Source: an uncultured delta proteobacterium
GTDB lineage: Bacteria > Myxococcota_A > Polyangia > Polyangiales > Polyangiaceae
Direction of reading: 5' to 3'
Length of the DNA stretch: 64,000 nucleotides
Assembly: GCA_963716725.1 (NCBI GenBank)
Contig: CAVQUB010000006.1
Location: 32,001-96,000 of the forward strand
Shown: positions 34,728-44,955 of the stretch, in pieces
How the letters are laid out: each line of letters begins with the position of its first letter
Position numbering within the stretch: the stretch's first letter is position 1
Program-made: the position numbers and the translations under genes
The notes under the pieces: model-generated
Told to the model about the DNA's origin: nothing
The model's database searches: none
The model's input: only the letters and a program-made list of their open reading frames with translations

Positions 34728-36584
34728 TCAACCTCCATCCCACGTGAGCTGCTGGAACCTCCCTGGGAGGAGCACCACCTGCACCACCTTGGGCTGCGAT
34801 CCGGCCGGGGGCCCAAGGATGGAGCACTGTCCCTTCACCTCCGACTCGGAGCCCGGGATCTTCACCCTCACCGAGCCCGGCGCGAAGAGCTTCCCGGAGA
34901 AGAGCAGGGGGCAGGTCGCGTAGGCACCCTCGGCGCCGCTGAGCGCCAGCGTGGCGTCTTTGAGGGGAGCGCTTCCATAAACGATTTGTTCGTCCTCACC
35001 GGCGGTCACTTCAAAGGACTTCGGTCCCAGGTTCTCGCAGCAGTCCTTGTCGGGCGGCACCACCTCGAGCGTGTGGGAGCCGATGGCAAGCTCGAACTTC
35101 TTCCCGTACCAGTCGGCGTGAAGCGTACCGTCGATGCGCACGACGCCGCCGCGGGCACCCGACACGACGATCTTCACGGGCCGCGTCTTGCTAGCTACGC
35201 TTGGAGCCGGCCCGGCGGGGATCTTGGGCGCCGTGACCGGATCCGCGCTCGGAGTCGGCTCGGCGGTGCGGATCGGCTGCGGCCTGAGGTCCTCGGGAGC
35301 GATGACCGGATCGGTCGAGCGCACCGGGGGTTGATCGGGCTGCACGCTCAAGACCGGCTGACGTGCGCGCCGACTGATTCCGTAGGCGGCGGCGCCGAGG
35401 AGCAGGCTGATGCCGAACAGCGCGCCGGCCCGCGTCCCCAAGCGCCGGCGACGCTCGCGCTGCGCCAGGCCAGCGACCTGTCGCAGCAACTCGGCGTCGT
35501 CGGGACGGAAGGCCAGTGCGCGGTTGAAGTACGCCGCGGCCGTGGGCGCTTGACGCTCAGCCCGCGCGGCCTTTCCAAGATCTACCAAGCGGGTGACGAC
35601 GCGACGCTCGTAGTCTGCGGCGTAGGACTCGGCAGAGGTCAGGTACTCCACCAGCTCTCGTCGCGGGTTGTCGAAGCCGAGCAACGTCAGTTCCTGACGG
35701 AGCGCGGCGCACACCTCTTCACAGCTGGCGTAGCGCGCCTCGGCTTCGCGGCTGAGCGCGCGTTCGACGATCTTGCTGAAGCCCGCGCCGACGGTGGGTC
35801 GGGCGCGCTCCGGCGGCGTGAAGGTGCCGTCGAGCACCTTGCGCAGCACCTGCGCCGGGTTCTTGCCGTCGAAGGGCAGCCGCCCGACCATGCACTCGTA
35901 GAGCAGCACTCCCAGGCCGAATACGTCAGCCCGGGCCGTCACGTCGCCGCCCTCGATTTGCTCCGGCGCCATATGGGCCGGCGAGCCGAGCACCTGACCG
36001 GTGCTGGTGACGCCCTGCGCGTCGAGCAGCTTTGCGATGCCAAAGTCGGTGATCTTGACCCGTCCGGACTCGGCGTCGGTGGGCCGCTCTTGCGACGCGC
36101 TGCGCTTGCTCGGGACGCGATCCGAGAGATCGACGAGCACGTTCTCGGGCTTCACGTCTCGGTGGATGACGCCCTGCCGGTGGGCGTGATCGAGGGCCGT
36201 GCCGATCTCGATGCCCACGGCCGCCGCGATCTCGCAGGGCATGTGATCACGCTCGGCCAGCAGCTTGCGCAGCGTGGTGCCGGGCACCAGCTCTACGACC
36301 AGATAGCGCTCGTCGTCGTCTTCTTCCGAGACGTCGTAGACCTCGACGATGTTCGGGTGCTTCAGCTTCGCGACGGCCCGCGCTTCGCTCACGAAACGCA
36401 ACGCCACTTCCTTGTTCTCCCGCAGGTGCTTGTGGATGACCTTGATGGCGACGTCTCGGGCCAAGCGCCGATCGCGCGCCCGGTACACCGTCGCCATGCC
36501 GCCGTGACCGATCTCCTCGAGCACCTCGTACTTCTCGAGCTTCGGGATCTGATCGGCGATGAGCGGCATGGTCAACGGGCTCAC
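34728..36584 (-). CDS. Transmembrane Hanks-type Ser/Thr kinase with TPR-like and PEGA-like regions
   Basis: GHGGMATVY, HRDVKPEN, DFG, HMAPEQ, TM helix; GTGA overlap with pyk stop. Confidence 0.93.
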   Translation of the reverse strand: MSPLTMPLIADQIPKLEKYEVLEEIGHGGMATVYRARDRRLARDVAIKVIHKHLRENKEVALRFVSEARAVAKLKHPNIVEVYDVSEEDDDERYLVVELVPGTTLRKLLAERDHMPCEIAAAVGIEIGTALDHAHRQGVIHRDVKPENVLVDLSDRVPSKRSASQERPTDAESGRVKITDFGIAKLLDAQGVTSTGQVLGSPAHMAPEQIEGGDVTARADVFGLGVLLYECMVGRLPFDGKNPAQVLRKVLDGTFTPPERARPTVGAGFSKIVERALSREAEARYASCEEVCAALRQELTLLGFDNPRRELVEYLTSAESYAADYERRVVTRLVDLGKAARAERQAPTAAAYFNRALAFRPDDAELLRQVAGLAQRERRRRLGTRAGALFGISLLLGAAAYGISRRARQPVLSVQPDQPPVRSTDPVIAPEDLRPQPIRTAEPTPSADPVTAPKIPAGPAPSVASKTRPVKIVVSGARGGVVRIDGTLHADWYGKKFELAIGSHTLEVVPPDKDCCENLGPKSFEVTAGEDEQIVYGSAPLKDATLALSGAEGAYATCPLLFSGKLFAPGSVRVKIPGSESEVKGQCSILGPPAGSQPKVVQVVLLPGRFQQLTWDGG

Positions 36585-37981
36585 TTCACCTGTTCCACGC
36601 GGACCGCGTTGGTCGAGCCGCGTTCGCCCAACGGCGCACCGTAGACGATCACGAAGCGGTCCCCGGCCTTCACCATGCCCGCGTCGAGCAACATCGCGCG
36701 CGTGCGAACGGTCAAGAGCTCCAGATCGGTGACGACGTCCATCGGGCGGGGCGACACCCCCCAGAATAGCGCGAGGCGGCGCAGCGTCCGCTCGTCGGGC
36801 GAAAGCGCCAGGATCGGCACCCTCGGCCGCGCCTTCGAGACCAGCCGCGCCGTGCCCCCGCTCTCGGTCAGGGCGACGATGATCCGGGCCCCCACCTCGC
36901 GGGCGATGCTGCAGGCCGCGTCGGCGATGGCCTCGGCCGTCTCGCTCCCCGGCGCCGACGGCAGGGGATCGAAGAACTGGCTCGCCTCCGCCTCGCGGAT
37001 GATTCGGTCCATCATCTGGCAGGCGCGGATCGGGAACTTGCCGGTGGCGGTCTCGCCGGAGAGCATCACCGCGTCGGCGCCGCCGTACACGGCCCCGGCC
37101 ACGTCGCTGGCCTCGGCTCGCGTGGGGCGCGGCGAGTCGACCATCGACTGGAGCATCTCGGTGGCCACGATCACGGGGCGCTTCAGGGTGCGACAGGCGC
37201 CGATGATCTGCCGCTGCACCACCGGCACGCGCTCCGGCGGCAGCTCGACGCCGAGATCGCCGCGGGCGACCATGACGGCGTCGGCCGCCAGCGCGATCTC
37301 TTCGATGCGCTCGACGGCGCTCGGCGTCTCTATCTTGGCGACGATGGGCGTCGGCCGGCCATGACCGAGGCAGAGCGCGCGGAGCTCTTCCACATCGGCT
37401 GCGGTCCGCACGAACGACAGCGCGACGTAGTCAACGCCGAGGCCAAGGCCGAACTCGAGGTCTGCGCGGTCCTTGTCCGTGAGCGCGGTCACGCGCACGC
37501 GGTGCGACGGGAGGTTCACGCCCATGCGCGCCCGAAGCGCGCCGCCGTGCTCGACCTTCGCGGTCACGCGCTGCCCGGCCACGCTCTCGACGCGAAGTTC
37601 CACGTGGCCGTCGCCGAGCAACACGCGGTCGCCGGCCCGGAGATCTTCGTGCAGGCCATCGTAGTCGACCCCGATGGTGCTGGCGTCGCCCTGGCTCCGG
37701 GACACCAAATCGACATGCTGACCGACTTCGAGCGCCGGCGGCATCAGGGTGCTGGTGCGGATCTTCGGTCCGCACAGATCCTGCAAGATAGCGACGGGCC
37801 TGCCCGCTGCCGCGCTCGCGGCACGGATCAACTCGACCATGCGGCCGTGATCTTCGTGGGTCCCGTGGGAGAAATTCAGACGAGCGACGTCCATGCCAGC
37901 GGCGATCAGGTCGGCAATGCGCTCCGGGGTGTTCACCGCGGGGCCCAGAGTGCAGACGATCTTGGCGCGTCGTAGGGACAT
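36581..37981 (-). CDS. pyk: Pyruvate kinase
   Basis: AKIVCTLGPA, ARLNFSHG, DLCGPKIR, AKIE, MVARGDLGVE, PTRAEASD, MLSGETA. Confidence 0.97.
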   Translation of the reverse strand: MSLRRAKIVCTLGPAVNTPERIADLIAAGMDVARLNFSHGTHEDHGRMVELIRAASAAAGRPVAILQDLCGPKIRTSTLMPPALEVGQHVDLVSRSQGDASTIGVDYDGLHEDLRAGDRVLLGDGHVELRVESVAGQRVTAKVEHGGALRARMGVNLPSHRVRVTALTDKDRADLEFGLGLGVDYVALSFVRTAADVEELRALCLGHGRPTPIVAKIETPSAVERIEEIALAADAVMVARGDLGVELPPERVPVVQRQIIGACRTLKRPVIVATEMLQSMVDSPRPTRAEASDVAGAVYGGADAVMLSGETATGKFPIRACQMMDRIIREAEASQFFDPLPSAPGSETAEAIADAACSIAREVGARIIVALTESGGTARLVSKARPRVPILALSPDERTLRRLALFWGVSPRPMDVVTDLELLTVRTRAMLLDAGMVKAGDRFVIVYGAPLGERGSTNAVRVEQVK

Positions 37982-38068
37982 CGGGCCCCATGGTGCCACA
38001 GCGCGGGCCCGATCGGGACCCGCCGCTGGACCAGGCCAGGCTCGGGAAAAGGCGCTATAAGGCCGCCC

Positions 38069-39325
38069 ATGTCGGGTTTTGGACGGGACGAGCGCGGGCA
38101 GGCCACCCTGGGCGGGAGGACCCTCTTGGAGCTCCTGCAGGAAGCCCGCGTCGCTACGCCGGCTTACTTCTACGACCTCGACGCGGTCGCGCGCGCGACC
38201 CGCGACTTGGTCGAGGCCTTCGGTTCGGCGCCGGGGCTCGTCGCCTACGCGGTCAAGGCCAACACAGCCGGGAGCATCGTGCGCACGGTGGCAGAGGCAG
38301 GCGGCGGCGCCGACGTGGTCAGCGGCGGTGAGCTCTCGGTGGCGCTCGGCGCCGGGATCCGACCCGATCAGATCGTGATGAGCGGCGTCGCGAAGCTCGA
38401 CTGGGAGATCGATCTGGCCGTCGCGCGAGAAATCCGCGCGCTTCAGATCGAGAGCGTCGAGGAGATCCCGCGGGTAGCGGCCCGAGCCGCCTCGCTCGGC
38501 AAGACCGCTCGCGTGAGCCTGCGCATCAACCCCGACGTCGAGATCGACTCCCACGCGCACATCGCCACCGGCCACGACGAAGCCAAGTTCGGTATCGTTG
38601 CGCGGGACCTGCACGCCGCGCTGTCCGAGATCGAGCGAGCGGGCTCGTCCACTCGCCTCGACGGGCTCTCCACCCACGTCGGCTCGATGCTGGCGTCGCC
38701 CGCGCCCTACCTCGAGAGCGCGCGGGTGGTGTGCGGGGCCGCGAAGGACCTGCGCGCAAGGGGCAAGGCATTGGCGTTCGTCGATTTCGGCGGGGGCTTC
38801 GGCATCGACTACGGCGGCGGCGCCGTGGACCCACCGCCCGCCTTTGTCCGCGCGGCGTTGGAGCTCTTGCATCGAGAAAAGCTCGGGGATCTCGCGTTGG
38901 TGGTCGAGCCCGGTCGCGCGCTGGTCGCGCCCTTCGGCGTGCTGGTCGCGTCGGTGGTCCAGTCCAAGGTGAGCGGCCCGCGCCGCTGGTGCATGATCGA
39001 CGCGGGCATGAACGATCTGGTGCGCCCAGCGCTCTACGGCGCGCGCCACCGCATTGAACCCGTACTCGCCGCGACGCCGGGCGCACAGTGGCAGGTGGTG
39101 GGTCCCGTCTGCGAGAGCGCCGACGACTTCGGTCTGCACGCGCTCGGGTCGAGGGTCCCCGAGCAAGTCGTGATCCGCGACGCGGGCGCCTACGGCTTCA
39201 CGATGGCGAGCGAGTACAACGGGCGCTCCCTGCCGGCGGAGGTCTTCGTCGCTGGCGGTGTGGTCCGCCACGTCGCGCGTTCGCCGGGCGTCGACGCCTG
39301 GGTCCAGCGCCGCCTCGGCGCCTGA
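38069..39325 (+). CDS. lysA: Diaminopimelate decarboxylase
   Basis: YAVKAN, DVVSGGE, KFG, HVGS, DFGGG, EPGR, GPVCESAD, GAYG..MAS.YN. Confidence 0.96.
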   Translation: MSGFGRDERGQATLGGRTLLELLQEARVATPAYFYDLDAVARATRDLVEAFGSAPGLVAYAVKANTAGSIVRTVAEAGGGADVVSGGELSVALGAGIRPDQIVMSGVAKLDWEIDLAVAREIRALQIESVEEIPRVAARAASLGKTARVSLRINPDVEIDSHAHIATGHDEAKFGIVARDLHAALSEIERAGSSTRLDGLSTHVGSMLASPAPYLESARVVCGAAKDLRARGKALAFVDFGGGFGIDYGGGAVDPPPAFVRAALELLHREKLGDLALVVEPGRALVAPFGVLVASVVQSKVSGPRRWCMIDAGMNDLVRPALYGARHRIEPVLAATPGAQWQVVGPVCESADDFGLHALGSRVPEQVVIRDAGAYGFTMASEYNGRSLPAEVFVAGGVVRHVARSPGVDAWVQRRLGA

Positions 39326-39504
39326 AGCTCTGTCGCAGAATGGCGGAGCGCAAGCCGGCGGAGCCGGCCCACCCCGTCGACCCGTCGGTTGTCACGCAGC
39401 GCGTCGCGTGGGGTGGGGCCCCAACGAATTCACTTCGGTGGGGCGGGGAGGCGCGTGCCTCCCCGATGACAAAGTGAAAGAGCTGTCGAATTTTCGACAG
39501 CTCT
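39326..39504 (+). mobile_element. 179-bp MITE-like element, copy 1
   Basis: 6 mismatches over 187 bp to reverse complement of 63006-63192; flanked by TGA direct repeats; imperfect TIRs. Confidence 0.85.
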
Positions 39505-39505
39505 T
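39478..39505. terminator. Terminal palindrome of the MITE, possible bidirectional terminator between convergent genes
   Basis: AAGAGCTGTCGAA-TT-TTCGACAGCTCTT perfect inverted repeat; no long U tract. Confidence 0.45.
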
Positions 39506-39511
39506 GAGCGC

Positions 39512-41695
39512 TCAGGGTTTGCGCTTGTAGGTGGTCGCGGCGGCGTGCGTCGACGACGAGCGGCGCCGGGTCCCGGTGTTCTTCCGGTTCATGTTGCTCG
39601 CAGGCGGTTCGGTGCGACGGCTGGGGTTCGAGTTGCGCGGCGGCGGCGTCAGGCTGCGGGTCCGATAGACCTCGCCGTCGACGACGACCTCGATGCCGAG
39701 CGCGCGACAGCGCCGCGCGACACGCTCGACGTCGGTGCCGGGCGTGAGCAACAGCCCCGACGGCGGCGAGGGATCGACGAACAGATCCGCGGTCTGCCGG
39801 CGCGTCCGCAGCATCTCGCGGATCTCGGTGTCCTCCACCCAGAGGAAGCCCTGGGTCGGCACGTACTCCGCACGCCCGAGCACCGCCGAGGCCTGGGTCA
39901 GAATGCGCTCGATGGGGTCCGGGAGCTGAGCGACGGCCAAGAGGCGACCCTTGATGTCGTCAGCCTCGAAGCCCGCGGCCAGCGCCAACGACAAGCTGTG
40001 TTGGCTCACGCTCGCGTCGAGCGTGCCGGCGACGGAGCCGATTTCGATGAAGGGATAGAGGGCGACGACGTGGCCAATCTTGTCCGCGGGCCCAATGCGC
40101 AAGGTCTGACCGTCGATGAAGCGGCCGACTTCGCGCTGCGCTTCGGCGTTGGGCAGCGCGGTCCCCGTGATGTAAGCGCGCCCGCGCGGCGTGATGCGCA
40201 GGGTCGGAAGATCCGAGTCGTCGCTGGGGTCGCCCAGGTCGACGACGCCGAGGGCGTGCAGCGTCTCGCAGGCGATCCGGCGAGCGATATCGGCGGGCGT
40301 CGAAGCCTCGACGCCGGCGCGACCCGCCCAGCGTTCGAGCAAGCGGGCGAGCCCTGGGGTCCGCGAGTCGGCGCGCACGAACGCGGCGACGGCTTCCCAC
40401 GGCGCCCAACGGCCGTCGCCCAGCTCTCCGAGGGCGTCGAGCACGATCTGACGGATCACGCCCACCGCACTGGCTTCGCGCACCTCGGCAGAAACACGCA
40501 GCACTTCACCGTCCGGCCGCGCTTCGTCCCACGCGCCACCCCGCCGCCAGGTCTCGAAGAGCAGCCGCCCGAGATCGCCGACGCGGCTGGCGCCCGGCGG
40601 CGCGCTCACGCTCATCACCGAGCCCTCCCACAGGCCCATGGCCCGGCTGAGCGCGGCGACTAGCGCCACCGCCTCGGAGCTCTTGCCGAAGCGAGTCGCC
40701 AGCTTGGAGGTCAGCGACCGCGGGGTTCCGACTCCGGCGCGCAGCTCGACGGACGGGTCCCGCACGGCCAAGGTCATGGCCAGGGCGAGCGGCACCGGAT
40801 CTTCGGCGAAGCGCGCGCGCCGCGGCGCGTGGTCTTCTGCGAGCACGAAGCTCAAGATCTCGCGCCGCTGCGCCTCGCGCTCCGCTCGGCGTTGCGCGCC
40901 GACCACGACGGCGACCTCGGTGGGGATCACGTGTCGGTTGGGATAGACCGGGACTAGGAAGCCGCGGCGCTCGAGGGCGAAGCCGACTCCTCGCCTCGAG
41001 GGGCTCGCGCCGGTCGCGCCGCGCAGCCGCATCGGTTCGCGCTCGAGATCGAGCAACTCCTCGGTCTCGACCTCGCCGCCGACCTTCTCGATCATCTTGA
41101 GCAGCTTGCGCTCGAGGGGCGCGAGGCCGTCCACCTCTTTGGCGAGCGCGGCAGGATCGTTCAGCATCTCCCAGGCGGCCTCGAGCGACAGCGCCATGGG
41201 CGGCGTGGCGGGTCGGCCCAGGTAGTGCGACGCGATGCTGCCCGCGACCTCGGGGCTGGCCTGCGCCAGGAGCGCGCGCGCGCCGCGCGGATCGTCGCCC
41301 TGCCAGGTCTTGACCTGCACCATGCAGGCGATGGGCAGGATGAGCTCGACGCCCCCGTGGGAGCCTCTGCGGGCGAAGACCAGGCCGCGGTGGACCAGGG
41401 GCGCCACCGCCGAGGGCAGCGCGTCGAGCACCAACACGCCCTTCGCCTCTGCGATCCGAAAGAAGAGCTCCGCCGTCGCAGCGGGAAGGTGGGCGGCGGG
41501 GTCCCGCACTTCGGGTAGCGAGACGAGGAAGCGCGCGACCTGCGAGGCGACGTCGATGCGCTTGGCCTCGTCGACCACGATCTCGAGCCGCTCGATCAGC
41601 GACGCTAGCTCGCGATCCGGCAGCTGCCGGAGCACGTCCGCGAGCCTGAGCGCGTAGTGCGACCGCGCGCTCCTGCTGGGGGTCGATGCGTTCAT
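39512..41695 (-). CDS. Hypothetical protein with XPB/Ssl2 N-terminal-like (helicase-associated) domain, no helicase motifs
   Basis: LRITPRG and VSQHSLSLALAAGFEADDIKGRL...LPDPI pattern; no Walker A or DExH. Confidence 0.6.
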   Translation of the reverse strand: MNASTPSRSARSHYALRLADVLRQLPDRELASLIERLEIVVDEAKRIDVASQVARFLVSLPEVRDPAAHLPAATAELFFRIAEAKGVLVLDALPSAVAPLVHRGLVFARRGSHGGVELILPIACMVQVKTWQGDDPRGARALLAQASPEVAGSIASHYLGRPATPPMALSLEAAWEMLNDPAALAKEVDGLAPLERKLLKMIEKVGGEVETEELLDLEREPMRLRGATGASPSRRGVGFALERRGFLVPVYPNRHVIPTEVAVVVGAQRRAEREAQRREILSFVLAEDHAPRRARFAEDPVPLALAMTLAVRDPSVELRAGVGTPRSLTSKLATRFGKSSEAVALVAALSRAMGLWEGSVMSVSAPPGASRVGDLGRLLFETWRRGGAWDEARPDGEVLRVSAEVREASAVGVIRQIVLDALGELGDGRWAPWEAVAAFVRADSRTPGLARLLERWAGRAGVEASTPADIARRIACETLHALGVVDLGDPSDDSDLPTLRITPRGRAYITGTALPNAEAQREVGRFIDGQTLRIGPADKIGHVVALYPFIEIGSVAGTLDASVSQHSLSLALAAGFEADDIKGRLLAVAQLPDPIERILTQASAVLGRAEYVPTQGFLWVEDTEIREMLRTRRQTADLFVDPSPPSGLLLTPGTDVERVARRCRALGIEVVVDGEVYRTRSLTPPPRNSNPSRRTEPPASNMNRKNTGTRRRSSSTHAAATTYKRKP

Positions 41696-41887
41696 GGCGG
41701 GGTGCGAAGCGAGGGAGAGAGTTCTCGCTAGGTCGAAGGAAACCGTGAATCGGCCAGGTTGTCCAGGCATCCGCCTAGGTAGGCGACGCACGTACACCGG
41801 CCCCGGAACCGGTCGCGTTTTGTCCTGGTCCTTGTTAAGCCTTGCCAATCCCGAGCTAAGTCATCGAGAGCGCAGGCGGAGGCTGGC

Positions 41888-43180
41888 TTGATTCTCAGAG
41901 ATCCCGTCCACGGACTGGTCGAATTCGAGACGGACGAAGAAGACATCGTCGCCGCACTCCTCGAGGCCGGCGAAGTGCAACGCTTGCGCCGGATCCGCCA
42001 GCTCGGTCTCGCTTCCCTCGCCTACCCCGGCGCGGACCACACGCGGTTTTCGCACGCCATCGGCGCAGCGTTCGTGATGACTCGCTTCATTCGGCGCATG
42101 CGCCAGGTCCACGACGCGCTGCCCTTCTGGCAGCGTGTCACGACGGAGCGCGCGCGCGACGCCTTGGCCGCGGCGCTGCTGCACGACGTGGGCCACGGTC
42201 CGTTCTCGCACCTCTTCGAGGAGGCGCTGCCGAACGGACCGCGCCACGAGACCTGGACCAGCCGGATCATCCTGGATCCGGACACCGACGTGCACCGCAT
42301 CCTCACCCGCTACGACTCCACCCTGCCCGAGCGCGTGGCCGAGTTGGTCCACGGTCGGCACGAACTCACGTTCTTGGCCCGGGCAGTGAGCGGCACCTTC
42401 GACGTCGATCGCTGCGACTACTTGCTGCGCGACGCCTACTTCACCGGGGTCGGCTACGGATCCTTCGATCTCGACTGGCTCCTGCGCAGCCTCTGCCTGG
42501 GCGTGCCCGCCGCCGACGGGCAGCCGCCGCCCTTGGCCATCGACGGTGCCAAGGGCCTGCCCGCCATCGAGTCGTTCATCTTGGCGCGCCTGTTCATGTT
42601 CCAGCAGGTCTACTTTCACAAGACCTGTCGCGCGAGCGAGTGGTTGCTCGCGCGTATCCTCGGGCGCGTCCGCGAACTCTTGGTCGACGGGACCCGGCTC
42701 CCGATGGTGCCGCCCGCCGTCGCCAGCCTCGCGCGCGACGGCGACGCGCGCCTCGCCGAGTATCTGTCCCTCGACGACGCGCTGCTCTGGACGTCGATCT
42801 CGGAGTGGCGGAGCGCGGCCGATCCCATCCTGCGCGACTTGTGTCAGCGCTTGGTCGCGCGGCAACTCTTCAAGACCTACGAGCTGTACGCAGGCGACGC
42901 CGAACCGGAGAACCGTCGCGAGCTGCTCGAACGCGCGCGCGACGTTGCCCGCGCGGCGGGCTTCGATCCCGAGGTCTACGTGGGCCTCGACTGCGCGTCG
43001 GATCTGCCCTTCGACGACTCGGACGGATCGCTCTCGGTGATCTTCCCGACCGGAGCGCCACGGCGACCCGGCGACGTCTCTTATTTGCTCGGACGCCTGC
43101 GCGGACAGCGTATGGCGAGGGTGCGGCTGGTCTTCGCGGAGGAACTGCGCGAGGCCATCGAACGCGCCGTGGGGAGCTGA
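41888..43180 (+). CDS. HD-domain phosphohydrolase, SAMHD1/YdhJ-like (putative dNTP triphosphohydrolase)
   Basis: RDPVHG, QRLRRIRQLG, HTRFSH, LLHDVGHGPFSH, DVDRCDYLLRD, QVYFHK. Confidence 0.92.
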   Translation: MILRDPVHGLVEFETDEEDIVAALLEAGEVQRLRRIRQLGLASLAYPGADHTRFSHAIGAAFVMTRFIRRMRQVHDALPFWQRVTTERARDALAAALLHDVGHGPFSHLFEEALPNGPRHETWTSRIILDPDTDVHRILTRYDSTLPERVAELVHGRHELTFLARAVSGTFDVDRCDYLLRDAYFTGVGYGSFDLDWLLRSLCLGVPAADGQPPPLAIDGAKGLPAIESFILARLFMFQQVYFHKTCRASEWLLARILGRVRELLVDGTRLPMVPPAVASLARDGDARLAEYLSLDDALLWTSISEWRSAADPILRDLCQRLVARQLFKTYELYAGDAEPENRRELLERARDVARAAGFDPEVYVGLDCASDLPFDDSDGSLSVIFPTGAPRRPGDVSYLLGRLRGQRMARVRLVFAEELREAIERAVGS

Positions 43181-43181
43181 C

Positions 43182-43835
43182 ATGCGGTCCGTCGGCGCCG
43201 CGCTGCTCGTGCTCGTGCCCGCCGCGAGCGCCGCCGAACCCACGCGCTGGGAACCCGGCGAGCCCACGACGTCGACCCTGAAGGGCGAGGTCGCCGAGTC
43301 GAACCGGAGCCGCGGCGACGGCGTTTACGGGCGTTTCGATGGCGATCTCGATTCGGGCGTGGGCCTCGGCGTCGCGACCCTGTCGGAGCAGGCCCTCGGC
43401 GCAGCACGGCTGTCCCTCCACTACCACTCGACCCTCGGGGTGTACGCCGGCTACGCGGACGCCCTCGGTCGGCGCGGCGAGACCGAGCGCTTCGCCGACC
43501 TCGGCGTGGACCTCCGGCCTTTGTTCCTCCTGCGTTGGCCCCTCGACGCCGAGCAGGGTCCCGCGGCCTTGGATCTGATCATCGACTCGCTCTCGGTCGG
43601 CGCGGGCGCCTTCTTCGCTCAGCCCGCGGGCTCGGATTTCGGATCGGCACGCGGCCCCGCGCTGTCGCTCGGGCTCGGCGCGCCCTTGATCGGCAAAGCG
43701 GCCGGCCCCTGGCTCGAGGCCCGCTACTTCTTGCGCTGGGCGAATCCGGGCGGCGGCGACGCCGAGAGCACGGACCACGCCGCGCTGCTCGTGCTCTCGT
43801 GGCACGCGCTCTTCCTCAGCGGCCTCGGCGGCTGA
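43182..43835 (+). CDS. Hypothetical secreted/outer-membrane protein
   Basis: Signal peptide; GDGVYGRFDGD; amphipathic strands; starts 1 bp after HD gene. Confidence 0.65.
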   Translation: MRSVGAALLVLVPAASAAEPTRWEPGEPTTSTLKGEVAESNRSRGDGVYGRFDGDLDSGVGLGVATLSEQALGAARLSLHYHSTLGVYAGYADALGRRGETERFADLGVDLRPLFLLRWPLDAEQGPAALDLIIDSLSVGAGAFFAQPAGSDFGSARGPALSLGLGAPLIGKAAGPWLEARYFLRWANPGGGDAESTDHAALLVLSWHALFLSGLGG

Positions 43836-44955
43836 GATCGCGCTCGCGAGCCACGTGTTCAACGACGGCTGCACGTTCGCGCTGAACGTAGTCCCGCACG
43901 GCGAGATCCAAGCGTCGGTCCGCCAAGAAATGGGCGCTGTGGGTGAGGGTGGGCAAGAAGCCCCGCGCCGCCTTGTGCTCGCCGCCGGCACCGGGCTCGA
44001 AGCGCGCGAGCCCGCGCGCGATGCACTCGTCGATGCCGCGGTAGTAGCAGACCTCGAAGTGCAAGAAGCGGCGCTCCTGGTGCGCTCCCCAGTAGCGACC
44101 GTAGAGCGTGTCGTCGCCGAGCAAGTTGAACGCTCCCGCGATGGGCACGCCGCTCGCCTCGCTGGCCAGCACCACGTGCACGCGGTCGCCCAACTTCGCG
44201 CAGACTTCGTGGAAGAAGTCGCGGTTCAAGTAGCGTCGACCCCAGACGAACTTGTCGACAGTGGTCAGATACAGCTCGTAGACGGCGTCGATGCGCGCGG
44301 GCGATAGGTCCTTGCCCAGCAGCGACTCGAAGACGAGGCCCTCACTGGCGGCCTCCCGGCGTTCGCGGCGGAGCTGATGGCGCTTCTTCGAAGAGAAGCC
44401 GCCCAAGAAGTCGTCGAAGCTGGCGTAGCCGGCGTTCTCCCAGTGAAACTGCAGGCCCGCGCGACGTGCCATGCCAGCAGCTTCGAGCAGGTCGGCCTCG
44501 TCGCCCGGCGGAAACAGCACGTGGGCGCTCGAAGCGCCGATGCGTTCGGTCAGCGCCCCGAGCCCCTGGGCAAACGCGCGCGTGACGAGCTCGCGGTCGG
44601 CGCCCGCCGAGACGAGCAAGCGTGGTCCGGTGGCCGGCGTGAACGGAACAGCAACCACGATCTTCGGGTAGTAGTCGATGCCCAGACGGCCCTCGGCGTG
44701 ACTGGCCCAAGCGTGATCGAAGACGAACTCGCCCTCGCTGTTGCCTTTCACATAAACCGGCGCCGCCGCGACGACGCGTCCTGCGTCCTCGATCGTCACG
44801 TGCATCGGCAACCACCCGCGCTCCGGTCCCACGCACCCGGTTGTCTCCAGGGCGTCGAGCCAGGAAAACGAGAGCATTGGCGACCCGGAGCCGCCGAGCC
44901 CATTCCAGATCTGCTCGCCAACGTCGCGGATCGATTCGTGTGTCCTGAGCTCCAC
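43816..44955 (-). CDS. FemAB-like GNAT acyltransferase (DUF482-type)
   Basis: GW.P.H, K.NS.GEFVFDHAWA, YYPK...VPFTPATG, QFHW.N, LYGRYWG, LHFE.CYY, GAGGEHK..RGF. Confidence 0.92.
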   Translation of the reverse strand: MELRTHESIRDVGEQIWNGLGGSGSPMLSFSWLDALETTGCVGPERGWLPMHVTIEDAGRVVAAAPVYVKGNSEGEFVFDHAWASHAEGRLGIDYYPKIVVAVPFTPATGPRLLVSAGADRELVTRAFAQGLGALTERIGASSAHVLFPPGDEADLLEAAGMARRAGLQFHWENAGYASFDDFLGGFSSKKRHQLRRERREAASEGLVFESLLGKDLSPARIDAVYELYLTTVDKFVWGRRYLNRDFFHEVCAKLGDRVHVVLASEASGVPIAGAFNLLGDDTLYGRYWGAHQERRFLHFEVCYYRGIDECIARGLARFEPGAGGEHKAARGFLPTLTHSAHFLADRRLDLAVRDYVQRERAAVVEHVARERDLSRRGR

